Below are positions 1 through 9,638 of a stretch of 64,000 nt of DNA, piece after piece (within the stretch, counting starts at the first letter, position 1; the number at the start of each line of letters is the position of its first letter). Location of the stretch: contig JBHLNF010000003.1 in assembly GCA_048937405.1 (NCBI GenBank), forward strand, positions 192,001-256,000. The letters are read 5' to 3'. The notes beneath the pieces are model-generated. The model saw only the letters and a list, made by a program, of their open reading frames with translations, was not told where the DNA came from and did not search any database. Made by a program: the position numbers and the translations under genes. The stretch is from Promethearchaeota archaeon (lineage in GTDB: Archaea; Asgardarchaeota; Lokiarchaeia; Sigyniarchaeales; SOKP01).

Positions 1-1087
1 GATAAGGATCACCAGGATCAACTTTTAAAGCTTCCATATATGATTCTAATGCTTTATCATATAACTTTTGCTGTTTATACATACCTCCTAAAGAAGCCCA
101 GGCATCAGAATTGAAAGGATTAATTTGAATTGATTGTTTTAAATAAGAACGTCCTTGGATAAATTCTTGACTCTCTGGCACTTTTTTATACTTTTTATGA
201 TAAGAAACTCCAATATCTCGTAGTATTTCCGCTATTTCTGGATCTGAAGCTTTTTTAACACTCTCACTTTCAATAATTTCATTTAATATCTCTATACTTT
301 TATCCATATCGTTTATAAACATTGCTAATTTTGCGATTCTATAACCCACTTGATAATTACTCTTGTCTGCTTCATAAACTAACATTAATCTGTCAATTTC
401 AGATTTTATTTTTTCGTTGGACATATAAGCGCCATACACAGATTCGTAATGCTGCATTTTGTCAACTAACTCATTTAAAGCATTATCCTCGATTGATAAA
501 AGTGATCTTACTCGAGTTAATTCTTGTTCATACAGCTTTGGAACTTCAAATTCATATTGGTTAAAAATTTTGTATTGATTTGCTGCCCAACCATGGCTAA
601 TATATGTACCAATTTGAACTTCTGACTTGAAATTAAAAAATTTATCTTGTATATCCAAATTTAATCTATCATAGAGCTTCAAATCAGGATCAAGCTGAAT
701 AGTATATATTTGGTAATGCTCTGGATATTGATTTTCTTTGATTTTTTTAAAACCATCACTAGTGCTACCAATACTAGTTAGAAAAATATCTCTTATAGCT
801 TGAATGACAACATCCATCTCATTAACATTTGGTAAAATTATTCGAACTCCACATAAATCATTTATCTCTGCAATAGGATCAGAGTATTTTACATCAGGAT
901 TCAATAATTTATTGGCAAAACTAGAAATTGTCTTTACTCTGTTTTGAATAATATATTCTGAAGAACACCCTTGTACTATATTCTCAAGAATTGTTTCTAT
1001 AACTTTAGAATACTCTTCATAAAGAGGACGTAATTCTTTATATCTATTAATTTGTTCTTCAAAAAACTTGCGTTGTTCTACTTCCAT
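1..1087 (-). CDS. RelA/SpoT synthetase-like domain plus TPR protein (3' end runs off the window; missed by the ORF track)
   Basis: Manual translation from ATG at 1087: MEVEQRKFFEEQINRYKELRPLYEEY...QNRVKTISSFANK...INDLCGVRII...SEVQIGTYISHGWA..., then TPR-like DAWASLGGMYKQQKLYDKALESYMEALKVDP. The frame is open to the window edge. Confidence 0.8.
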   Translation of the reverse strand, partial: MEVEQRKFFEEQINRYKELRPLYEEYSKVIETILENIVQGCSSEYIIQNRVKTISSFANKLLNPDVKYSDPIAEINDLCGVRIILPNVNEMDVVIQAIRDIFLTSIGSTSDGFKKIKENQYPEHYQIYTIQLDPDLKLYDRLNLDIQDKFFNFKSEVQIGTYISHGWAANQYKIFNQYEFEVPKLYEQELTRVRSLLSIEDNALNELVDKMQHYESVYGAYMSNEKIKSEIDRLMLVYEADKSNYQVGYRIAKLAMFINDMDKSIEILNEIIESESVKKASDPEIAEILRDIGVSYHKKYKKVPESQEFIQGRSYLKQSIQINPFNSDAWASLGGMYKQQKLYDKALESYMEALKVDPGDPY

Positions 1088-1455
1088 AGTTCTTTTTTCA
1101 CTTAAACTTTTTATTAGTCATTATTTTTCATGAATTTCTTCTCTTAGTATTATTGATAAATCCTATTATTTAAAATTAACTTAAGATTGTTAATTAAAAT
1201 TATTATAATAAATGAAAAAATAATTCTCATAAATTCTTTTTTTATTTTTTAATATTAAAATTTAAAGATATTTGAACGAGAAGTAATATTTAAAATTATT
1301 ATAGTCATTTAATTTCATAATTTCAAAGCTAATTTCTTGTTTTAATTAATTTTTTAAGTAAACATCTGGAAAAGACTTATAATATATTACAGAAGCTTTT
1401 TTGTTTTCTATTTTTCTTGGTTAAATTGAAATTATAAAGAAGTGGTGATAAAAAA

Positions 1456-1623
1456 ATTCCAGAATTAATTTGCGATAGCTGTGGTTCTAGAAAAGACGTG
1501 CCTACCTGCTGTGATAAATCAATGATTGTAAAAGATGGATTTTTGCTTTGTTGCTGTTCTAAGGAGTGTGGATATCAACCAATTCCAGAATGTTGTGGAA
1601 AGAAAATGACTTATAAAAATTAA
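1456..1623 (+). CDS. 55-aa Cys-rich metal-binding mini-protein with two desulforedoxin-like units; probable ATT start
   Basis: Translation IPELICDSCGSRKDVPTCCDKSMIVKDGFLLCCCSKECGYQPIPECCGKKMTYKN* has 10 Cys. A GGTGA SD lies at 1444-1448, and an in-frame TAA at 1435-1437 rules out an upstream ATG. Confidence 0.7.
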   Translation: MPELICDSCGSRKDVPTCCDKSMIVKDGFLLCCCSKECGYQPIPECCGKKMTYKN

Positions 1624-1753
1624 TTATTCTTAAATTTTCATCTTAAAATTTGTTTATATAATTGCCCAATAAATATATTAAAATTATCTTTTGCAAAAAT
1701 AATTAGCAATAAGAAAAAGTAAAGAAAAAATGGATAAAAAAACGAAAATTGTA

Positions 1754-3334
1754 TTACCATAAAAGATTGGCAATAATACTTTTAGCAAAATCCGCTTGTT
1801 TTTTATTCAATACCTTTTGAATTCTCAAATCATTAATTGAATCCTCAAGTCGTGTATCCAGATTTTTCATTTCCATAAGATTATTTTTATCCCCTTGAGA
1901 TTCAACTAATTCAATCATCGCATTGTCTTTATTCATCAAATCTCTTAATCTTTGTCTAAAGCTTATTTTAACCTTAGTACTTACAATTTTTCCTTTATCA
2001 ATCAGTACTGGTAGTACAGGAGCTCTTTCCGTGCTTCGATTTGTATTAGGATCAACGAAATAAAATATACATATTGGAATTCCTACTATAACATTATTAG
2101 TCTTTAACTCAAGAGTATAATTATTTAAAAAATTTTGAACATTAGTCATTTCAGTATCTACAATGGATACGATATTGTCTAGACAAGATTGTTTCTCATT
2201 TTTTATTCTCGCAATCACATCTTCGGTAGAACTTAAATCACTGGAAAGTTCACTATGTTTTGTTTCTATTTCTTTTTCTACTTCAGATTTTTTGCGTTCC
2301 AATTCTCTTATTCTTTGTTGTTTTGATTTTTCTAGATCGCTAAGTTCTTTTTGTACATTTCTCTTTAACTGATTAATTTCAGTTTGATATCGAGAGATTG
2401 AATTTCCAAGATCTTGATATTTTAAATTTATATCTTTTAAAGCTTCTTCTACCAAAAATAAATCTCGTTGATTAATCGCATTTTTCATACTATCAACACT
2501 CTGCTTAAGTCTACTGATATCATTGTTTAGTTCTCCAGTTTTGTCATTTATTTTGTATTTACCAATTTTTACTAGTTCATCTGGAGATCCCTCAATTTCA
2601 CGTTGCATTTCTTTCTGTATTTCTTTATTAAGTATTGTAAGTTGCTTTTCTTCATCACTAGTATCTACCTTTGTATCTTTTATTTTATCAACTTGCTTAC
2701 CTCCCCTTTCAATCCATTTATCACATAACTTTATAATGGCATCTTCATAAGTCTCAAGCATACTAGCATCTTTTTGAGTCACAAAATCTAAAATTTCTGG
2801 TGCTATTTTTGTTTGATTCACACTTTTGGCTATAGCAGCACCTTCCAGCAGAAAATATGGCGTTGTATGAGCCCCTAAATCATATTGGTTTAAGAAAAAG
2901 TTTTGAAAATAACCAACCTCATTAGCATTAAATAGTGCCTCTTGAATTACAGTCCCACGTTTAAAATTCTTTGTTCTTTTTAAATACGTATTGTTATAAG
3001 ATTGTAATGAATTTAAGAAAGATGTGGGATCTGCTCCTTTTATCACATTTTCTGGTCTTGGTGGCATTTGAGCAAATTTCCCAACACTAAGTTTTTCTTG
3101 TTTATTCATAAGATAACTACAAACACAAGCTCTCGTATCACTTAGAGGAATTAACCGAACTGGCCAAAAAGCCGTTGAAATTTTTGCTAATTTCCCTAAT
3201 TTTTGAAGTTTCTTACCATATATCCCAATTAATTCAATCATACCCATTGCTAATTCATTTAATAAAGCAGCTTGGCTTCTTGCGGGAATTATTTCACCCA
3301 TATTAATTAAATAAGGAATTACTTTATTAACCAT
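1754..3334 (-). CDS. Uncharacterised protein with a long central coiled coil between N- and C-terminal globular segments
   Basis: 526-aa ORF with a heptad-like E/K/L/I-rich stretch at about aa 215-400. No Walker A motif seen. Confidence 0.7.
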   Translation of the reverse strand: MVNKVIPYLINMGEIIPARSQAALLNELAMGMIELIGIYGKKLQKLGKLAKISTAFWPVRLIPLSDTRACVCSYLMNKQEKLSVGKFAQMPPRPENVIKGADPTSFLNSLQSYNNTYLKRTKNFKRGTVIQEALFNANEVGYFQNFFLNQYDLGAHTTPYFLLEGAAIAKSVNQTKIAPEILDFVTQKDASMLETYEDAIIKLCDKWIERGGKQVDKIKDTKVDTSDEEKQLTILNKEIQKEMQREIEGSPDELVKIGKYKINDKTGELNNDISRLKQSVDSMKNAINQRDLFLVEEALKDINLKYQDLGNSISRYQTEINQLKRNVQKELSDLEKSKQQRIRELERKKSEVEKEIETKHSELSSDLSSTEDVIARIKNEKQSCLDNIVSIVDTEMTNVQNFLNNYTLELKTNNVIVGIPICIFYFVDPNTNRSTERAPVLPVLIDKGKIVSTKVKISFRQRLRDLMNKDNAMIELVESQGDKNNLMEMKNLDTRLEDSINDLRIQKVLNKKQADFAKSIIANLLW

Positions 3335-3641
3335 AATATTTCACTTAAACTTTCTATATTATTTTTTAATATCGATAGAATAATTAAAGTTTTGGTTTTA
3401 ATTCTATTTAATTGCAAAATATTCAAAAAAAAAGAAGATTTTTAGAGTTTTTTATCTATTATTCTGGATTTTAAGAGATTTACTGATCCTGGTCATGAAA
3501 TTCTGAAAATTAATGAAAACTAAATTGAAAATATTCAATTCTTTTTGCATTGAAGTTGGTGATTCAAGAGCCTATCTTAATATACAATATTATTAAAAGC
3601 TTGAATGAAAATAAGAAAAAAGAGGATTAATATCAAAGAAA

Positions 3642-6600
3642 TTATCTAATAATTTCCTCATGTAGTTTTTCGATAAATCCATCAAAATCTTCTTTAGTGA
3701 ATTTCACATTCAACAGTGGTGTAAGTAAGAAAGGAATTAATTCTTCAGTCTCATATACTGGAACTATTTTCATCAATCCTTTTTTCCTCATCTGAAATGC
3801 TGCTTGCCATTCATCTTCTACTGCTCTAGATTTGACTGAATGTTGAGAGCAAAAAAATACAAAGACTTTTGTCATTTTTAAAGTTCTTTCCATATAAGAC
3901 ACAATGTTTTCTCCACTGTCTTCTTCCCAAAAGAAAACTTTATCGACTTTTGGATATGTTTCTAATCGTTTCGCGATTTCTTTAATATTAAAATGTTTTG
4001 AATCAAGTGTTGAATAACTTAAAAACACATTTAATTCTTGAGTAAAGTAGCTTCTAATATTGTTGATAAATAATGGATAAGAAGACAATTGTTCAGAGGT
4101 TATAATACCTTGATTAATTCCTTTTTTGAAAATACTAAGGTTCATTAAATTAGTTTCAACCATGTCCTTATTTGGGAAAATCGTGGAGAATATTTGGTTC
4201 CAATTTTCATTATTAGTAATTATTGAACTACTATCGGATAAATCTATTGCATCCATAGGTTCTATTTGTGCTTTTAACTTGCTTGGCTTTATAGTTTGCA
4301 TTTTAATATCTAATGTTGATCTTATATATTCCGGAATTCCAACACCCCACCATTCAGATTCATAGTTGCTTTGCAATTTTAATTTAATAAAACTTTTTAG
4401 GTTAGATTCGAAATTTTCAATATCCTTTATAGCTATTTCTAATTGTTTTTTATGAGTAGATCTTTTGTTAATTTTTGGTTTGAGAATTAAATATATACTA
4501 ATGATACTAATAAGAGCTACAACTCCAACAATAATCAATATTATTTCAAATGCCGTTAATCCATCACCTCCATCTCCAGATGATTCCCCACTTATTTCTA
4601 GTATAAAATAGTCATAATTATCTCCCTCACCATTTTCTTTTAATTCTCCATATCTGGAACCGTAAGTTTCATTAATTAAATTATTAGGATCTATAATTAA
4701 TTCGATTACTACATCTCCCCCTGTTGAATCAATACTACTACTTGTGAATATATGGGAAAATGTCTTATTCACTCCTAAATATTCTATTGGGGTATCTGAA
4801 TTATTATATAAAATATCCCCCGTATATTCAACCCTAATTATAATTTCAATATTATTTGCTTCCCAAATACCATTATTAATGATTGTAAAATTTAATACAA
4901 ATGACTTACCTATTTCTGCAGTGCTCGCATGAAAATTTACAACTGCTAAATTGGGCATTGGATACCAGAAGCGAATCAATGGTTCAGTCCCTAATTTTAC
5001 TTCAATTCCATCAAGAAAAGTGTCTCCATCACTATCGTTGTTTTTAGGATCTGTTTGATGTTTAAATTCATCTATATTTAAAAGTTGATCATTGTCCGAA
5101 TCTGTTAAATTATCATTACCATTGAGTGGTTCCAAACCATTGAGAACTTCCCATAGATCTTCCATATTATCAAAATCGGTGTCTTTATTCCATGGATTGG
5201 TTAAATTAAGCGCTTCCCAATAATCATTTAACCCATCACCATCAGAATCTGGATTGGTAACATTAGTTCGATATGTATCACTACCTGGTATATATTCTTC
5301 ATAATTATATAACCTGTCTCCGTCAGTATCCTCATAGGTTGGATAAATTAGAGGATTTGAATCAAAAACCCGAGTAGTTCCATCAATTAAAAATGGAATA
5401 TCTCCAATTCCATCCTCTGGATTTAGATCTTCCCCCTTATACTCATCCCAATAATTACCTGCATAACCATCATCCCAAGTATTATTAACGCCACTGTCTT
5501 CAGCATCCACCTCATTATTGATAAAATTATTATAACAAATTTTATTATCTTCTAGATATAAAGATTCTTCTATAAGAATACCAAATTCTTTATTATCGGT
5601 AATCCTATTATTTTGAATAGTATTATTCTTATTAGCATTTTTTTCTTCAAAATATATTCCAAATCTCTCATTGCCTTTTATTGTATTATTACTAATTATA
5701 TTATTGTCGGAATAATTTAAAATATAAAGTCCATATCCTCCACCTAATTCAAGAAACGATAAAGGTTTATTTGTAATTTTATTAAAATTAAATGAATTGT
5801 TAAAGAAGATATTATTAGAACTATCTTGCAAATATAATCCAGCATCATTGTTGTTAAGCTCGTTAAATGAAAAATGACTATTATTAGTTGATACTAAAAC
5901 CAAACCTAATTGATTATTATTTATAATACAGTTTGAAAAATTACACTCTTTAGATAAAAACGATACTATTCCAAAAAAATAATTATCTGTTAAATTAATC
6001 CTTTCAAAGAGAGTATTACTACAATTAAAAAGAAATAATCCTAATGATACATTAAAGAGATCTAAGTCTGATATATAGGAATTTTCTGAATTAACTAAAT
6101 AAACTTGACTTGCGTTTGTAAAATCAGAAGGACCTAAATTCGATTCATTATAATAATAATAAAATCTTTTATCATTTACCGTATTTGTATCATCTATATC
6201 AAACGTATCTTCCTGGATGGCATTAGATACTAAGGTAATTCCACCCCCTTTAAATTCATTACCACTAAGCTTTGTATGATCAACAACACCTTCCTCAGGA
6301 AAAACTAAAATAGAACTTCCTATATTATTGATACCTGAATTATTTGTTATAATAGTAGTGTCAACATTATTTGATAATAATAAACCAATAAGATTATTCT
6401 TAAAGAAACATTGTGAAATAGTACTATTATCGCTTTCACAAACGATTATACCACTTCTACAATTACTAAAATTATTTTTTAAAATAGAGTTATTATGACA
6501 ATAAAAATTTAGGAGTAATCCTTCCTCACTATTAAAAGAAGCACTATTGTTAGTAATTATATTATTAGAACAATTATATAATGTAATTCCGACTGTAGCA

Positions 6601-8558
6601 TGAGTAATATTTGTATTTGATATAATTGAATTATTACAATTTATTAAAATTATTTGTCCGGCATTTTTTATTAGATTAGTATCTTTTACTTGTTCATTCC
6701 AGCGGTAGATCAGTGGTTTTGCATTTACTTCATTATCAGTAATATTATATGAAATATTATTAAAAGAAAGAGAGGGTAAATAATCCTCTTCCTTAAAATT
6801 TATGTATAATCCACAATAAGTTAGTTGATTTTCCAAAATTGTAACATTAAAAACATTAAATAAATAAATACCACTTTTTCCATTATACTTCCCCTTATTC
6901 TTGGTAAGGTTATTATAATTACTCCATTCCAGAAAAATTCCATTACCATAGTCAGCCGAAGATTCCAAATCTTGATGAGCAGTATTATTATTCATTGTAT
7001 TATTTAAGATTAAATTATATTCACTACCACCACTCAAACGTATACCATTAGAATTGAATGTGGCAATATTTTCAGAAATATTATTATTATTGCTCTCAAC
7101 AAGATGTAATCCCTCTAAAGTATTATTAATTAATGTATTTTCTAAAATAGTATTATTCTCACAATTTTCCAATAAAATACCTGTCATAGCATGGTCATAC
7201 GAGCGTAAATCTTTATTGTTACATTTCACTCTATTTTTTGTAATATTATTGTTGAAACATTCTCTAAGATGAATTCCAACTTCATTATATGAGACATTAT
7301 TCTCTATAATTTTACTGAAAGTAGTTGATCTTATTTTAATCCCAAAGAAATTACTATTATTAATTTCATTAGAATCGATTGTTATATTATAACAATAAGT
7401 TAAATCAATCCCATATTCTCTATTATTATTTAACGTATTGTTTCTAATTGTGATATTTTCACAAAAATGTAAGCTAACTCCTATCGAAGAAGAAGAAATG
7501 TTAAAATCAGAGATTAATGAATCATTACATCCTGCTAATATAATTTGTCCTGGAGGTTCTGGAGGTCCAGTTTGTGTAAAATCTTGGTTATTAAGATTGC
7601 TTTCGTTAAAATAATAATACACAGATTTCCCATTTACTGTATTACTTGTATCAATATTATAATCAAAATAAAAAAGAGAATTACCATTGAAACTTAGACC
7701 ACAATCTACCATTTGATTAGCTGCTAAGGTATTATTTGTAGATTCAAAAAAATACATTCCTCTCGTATTGTTCACAAGACGATTCTGACTAATATTGTTA
7801 TGATTACAATTTGCTTGAAATGAGATTCCTAAATTCCCATTATAAGAAAGATTATTTTCTTTTATAATATTCATTGTACAGAAATCTTTAGCCCAAATCC
7901 CTGATTGACCATTATTTTCAATAGTATTATTAAATATAATATTATTTTCACATAAAGTTTCTAATTCAAATCCACGGTGAAAATTATGATGAATTTGATT
8001 ATCTGAAAAATTGTTATAAGAACTACTACCATTTATCCTTATTCCAACTTCATTACCGAATATTTTATTTTTTTGAATTATATTGTTTTCACTTTTATTT
8101 AGCCATATACCATATTTTTGATTACTAAAAAATGTACTATTAATTATTTTACCATTAGTAACATTATTAAACATCAATCCAAAATACATTTCGCTGGATC
8201 CAAATAAGGTACAATTATTAATCACAAAATAATCCTCTGAATTTTCTATAAGGATGCAAAAACCTGAAGCTCCGGCATTAATTGTAACATTTTCAATTAA
8301 ATGAGGATCTGCTAAATCTCCGGTTCTATTCTGGATCCAATCAAGATCCGCGTCAGACCAATTATCATTTGCGATATGAATTGGAGGGCAATTTGGCCAA
8401 AAATCTGCTGTTTTTAACTTAGAATCATTATTAGTGGATTCAAAATTCTTTTCTGCTGTAAAATAGTTCCAAAAATCCCCCCTAAGAAATGAATAACTGG
8501 AGAATATAAATACAAGTATTAATAAAACTTCAATTTTTTTTTTTTTTTCTTGAATCAT
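3642..8558 (-). CDS. Single-pass membrane receptor-like protein: NosD/parallel beta-helix ectodomain, Ca-binding DxDxDG repeats, CARDB-like domain, TM, Swt1-type HEPN-like domain, C-terminal TIR
   Basis: N-terminal hydrophobic signal; many GI.L..S.NN.I..N repeats; GNYWDEY..GIGD motif; DTDGD/DSDGDG repeats; PNLAV..IIDPNNLINET; TM FEIILIIVGVVALISIISIYLIL followed by KPKINKR; C-terminal VFLSYS...SRAVEDEW...IVPV. Confidence 0.85.
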   Translation of the reverse strand: MIQEKKKKIEVLLILVFIFSSYSFLRGDFWNYFTAEKNFESTNNDSKLKTADFWPNCPPIHIANDNWSDADLDWIQNRTGDLADPHLIENVTINAGASGFCILIENSEDYFVINNCTLFGSSEMYFGLMFNNVTNGKIINSTFFSNQKYGIWLNKSENNIIQKNKIFGNEVGIRINGSSSYNNFSDNQIHHNFHRGFELETLCENNIIFNNTIENNGQSGIWAKDFCTMNIIKENNLSYNGNLGISFQANCNHNNISQNRLVNNTRGMYFFESTNNTLAANQMVDCGLSFNGNSLFYFDYNIDTSNTVNGKSVYYYFNESNLNNQDFTQTGPPEPPGQIILAGCNDSLISDFNISSSSIGVSLHFCENITIRNNTLNNNREYGIDLTYCYNITIDSNEINNSNFFGIKIRSTTFSKIIENNVSYNEVGIHLRECFNNNITKNRVKCNNKDLRSYDHAMTGILLENCENNTILENTLINNTLEGLHLVESNNNNISENIATFNSNGIRLSGGSEYNLILNNTMNNNTAHQDLESSADYGNGIFLEWSNYNNLTKNKGKYNGKSGIYLFNVFNVTILENQLTYCGLYINFKEEDYLPSLSFNNISYNITDNEVNAKPLIYRWNEQVKDTNLIKNAGQIILINCNNSIISNTNITHATVGITLYNCSNNIITNNSASFNSEEGLLLNFYCHNNSILKNNFSNCRSGIIVCESDNSTISQCFFKNNLIGLLLSNNVDTTIITNNSGINNIGSSILVFPEEGVVDHTKLSGNEFKGGGITLVSNAIQEDTFDIDDTNTVNDKRFYYYYNESNLGPSDFTNASQVYLVNSENSYISDLDLFNVSLGLFLFNCSNTLFERINLTDNYFFGIVSFLSKECNFSNCIINNNQLGLVLVSTNNSHFSFNELNNNDAGLYLQDSSNNIFFNNSFNFNKITNKPLSFLELGGGYGLYILNYSDNNIISNNTIKGNERFGIYFEEKNANKNNTIQNNRITDNKEFGILIEESLYLEDNKICYNNFINNEVDAEDSGVNNTWDDGYAGNYWDEYKGEDLNPEDGIGDIPFLIDGTTRVFDSNPLIYPTYEDTDGDRLYNYEEYIPGSDTYRTNVTNPDSDGDGLNDYWEALNLTNPWNKDTDFDNMEDLWEVLNGLEPLNGNDNLTDSDNDQLLNIDEFKHQTDPKNNDSDGDTFLDGIEVKLGTEPLIRFWYPMPNLAVVNFHASTAEIGKSFVLNFTIINNGIWEANNIEIIIRVEYTGDILYNNSDTPIEYLGVNKTFSHIFTSSSIDSTGGDVVIELIIDPNNLINETYGSRYGELKENGEGDNYDYFILEISGESSGDGGDGLTAFEIILIIVGVVALISIISIYLILKPKINKRSTHKKQLEIAIKDIENFESNLKSFIKLKLQSNYESEWWGVGIPEYIRSTLDIKMQTIKPSKLKAQIEPMDAIDLSDSSSIITNNENWNQIFSTIFPNKDMVETNLMNLSIFKKGINQGIITSEQLSSYPLFINNIRSYFTQELNVFLSYSTLDSKHFNIKEIAKRLETYPKVDKVFFWEEDSGENIVSYMERTLKMTKVFVFFCSQHSVKSRAVEDEWQAAFQMRKKGLMKIVPVYETEELIPFLLTPLLNVKFTKEDFDGFIEKLHEEIIR

Positions 8559-8892
8559 AGTGATCTGGATTTACTAAATATATATAATATGGTAATATTA
8601 ACGATTCACCTTATTATATTTTTTTAATTTTTATAGGGTTTATATTTAAACAAGCTAGAGCTAAATTGAATTTTTTTAAACAAAAAAATATAATAGAAGC
8701 ATAAAAATTAATTTATAGAAGTGAGAAGAATTCTTACATGATGTTAAACTTCCACTATTGGAAGAAGTATTATGAATAGAGAAAAATCTCCAAAAATTTT
8801 TAGTATCAAATGTTAAAATAGGTTTTGAGTAAGAATTAATCAATTAATTTGATTGATAAAACATTCTTTAAACATAATTAGGTTTTTAGATT

Positions 8893-9519
8893 CTAAGTCT
8901 TTGCTACAAAAATATATCTTAATTTATGAACATGAGGTCCAAGGTCACCATGATCTTCTTTTTCTTCAATTATATCTGTTTCAATTACTGAAAATGCTTT
9001 AAAATGATTTAATAAATCTTTTTCTGTGAAATAATGTGTTGGTCGATAAGGTTTACTCTCAAAAGTATTCTTTTCAATCTTGGCACCTCTTCCAAAACTC
9101 TCTTCTGACTCCGAAAAAACTGAAAAAAATGCAAAACCATTATCTTGAAGCTGATTATAACATTTTTCGATGAAGATTTTTCGTTGATTTTCAAGTAATA
9201 AATGCAGTACGTTAAAACAAAATATTGCATCATATTTCTCATTGTTAAATGGCATATCCATTACAGAACCTAAGATCAATTTGGAATATGGATCAAATTT
9301 CTTAGCTATGTTTAATGCTACTTCAGAAATTTCAATACCAGTTACATCATAATTATTTATTGAAAAAAATTTTGTATGTCTTCCGTAACCCGCACCAGGA
9401 ATGAGAATTGTATTGATATTATACTTTTTAAATAATTTAAGGGAATATTTTGCTGTTGTACTTGGCTCAGTTCCCCAAATTTGTCCTTTATCCAAGAATC
9501 TGCTATTCCAATATTCCAT
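8893..9519 (-). CDS. Class I SAM-dependent methyltransferase
   Basis: ILIPGAGYGRH motif I, VTGIEIS, YDAIFCFNVLH. Confidence 0.9.
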   Translation of the reverse strand: MEYWNSRFLDKGQIWGTEPSTTAKYSLKLFKKYNINTILIPGAGYGRHTKFFSINNYDVTGIEISEVALNIAKKFDPYSKLILGSVMDMPFNNEKYDAIFCFNVLHLLLENQRKIFIEKCYNQLQDNGFAFFSVFSESEESFGRGAKIEKNTFESKPYRPTHYFTEKDLLNHFKAFSVIETDIIEEKEDHGDLGPHVHKLRYIFVAKT

Positions 9520-9638
9520 GAGAGTTTAAGAGAAATTCAACTAGAAGATAATATTATTCAGAAAAAAAATATATTAATAAATAATAAAATTTCTATTTTA
9601 TTGATTCAATGTTAGATTATTAGGAATGTAGCCTAAAA

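Noticed and set aside
322-564. 80-aa + strand ORF from the track
   Set aside because: It is antisense to the longer RelA/SpoT-TPR frame and has no recognisable motif.
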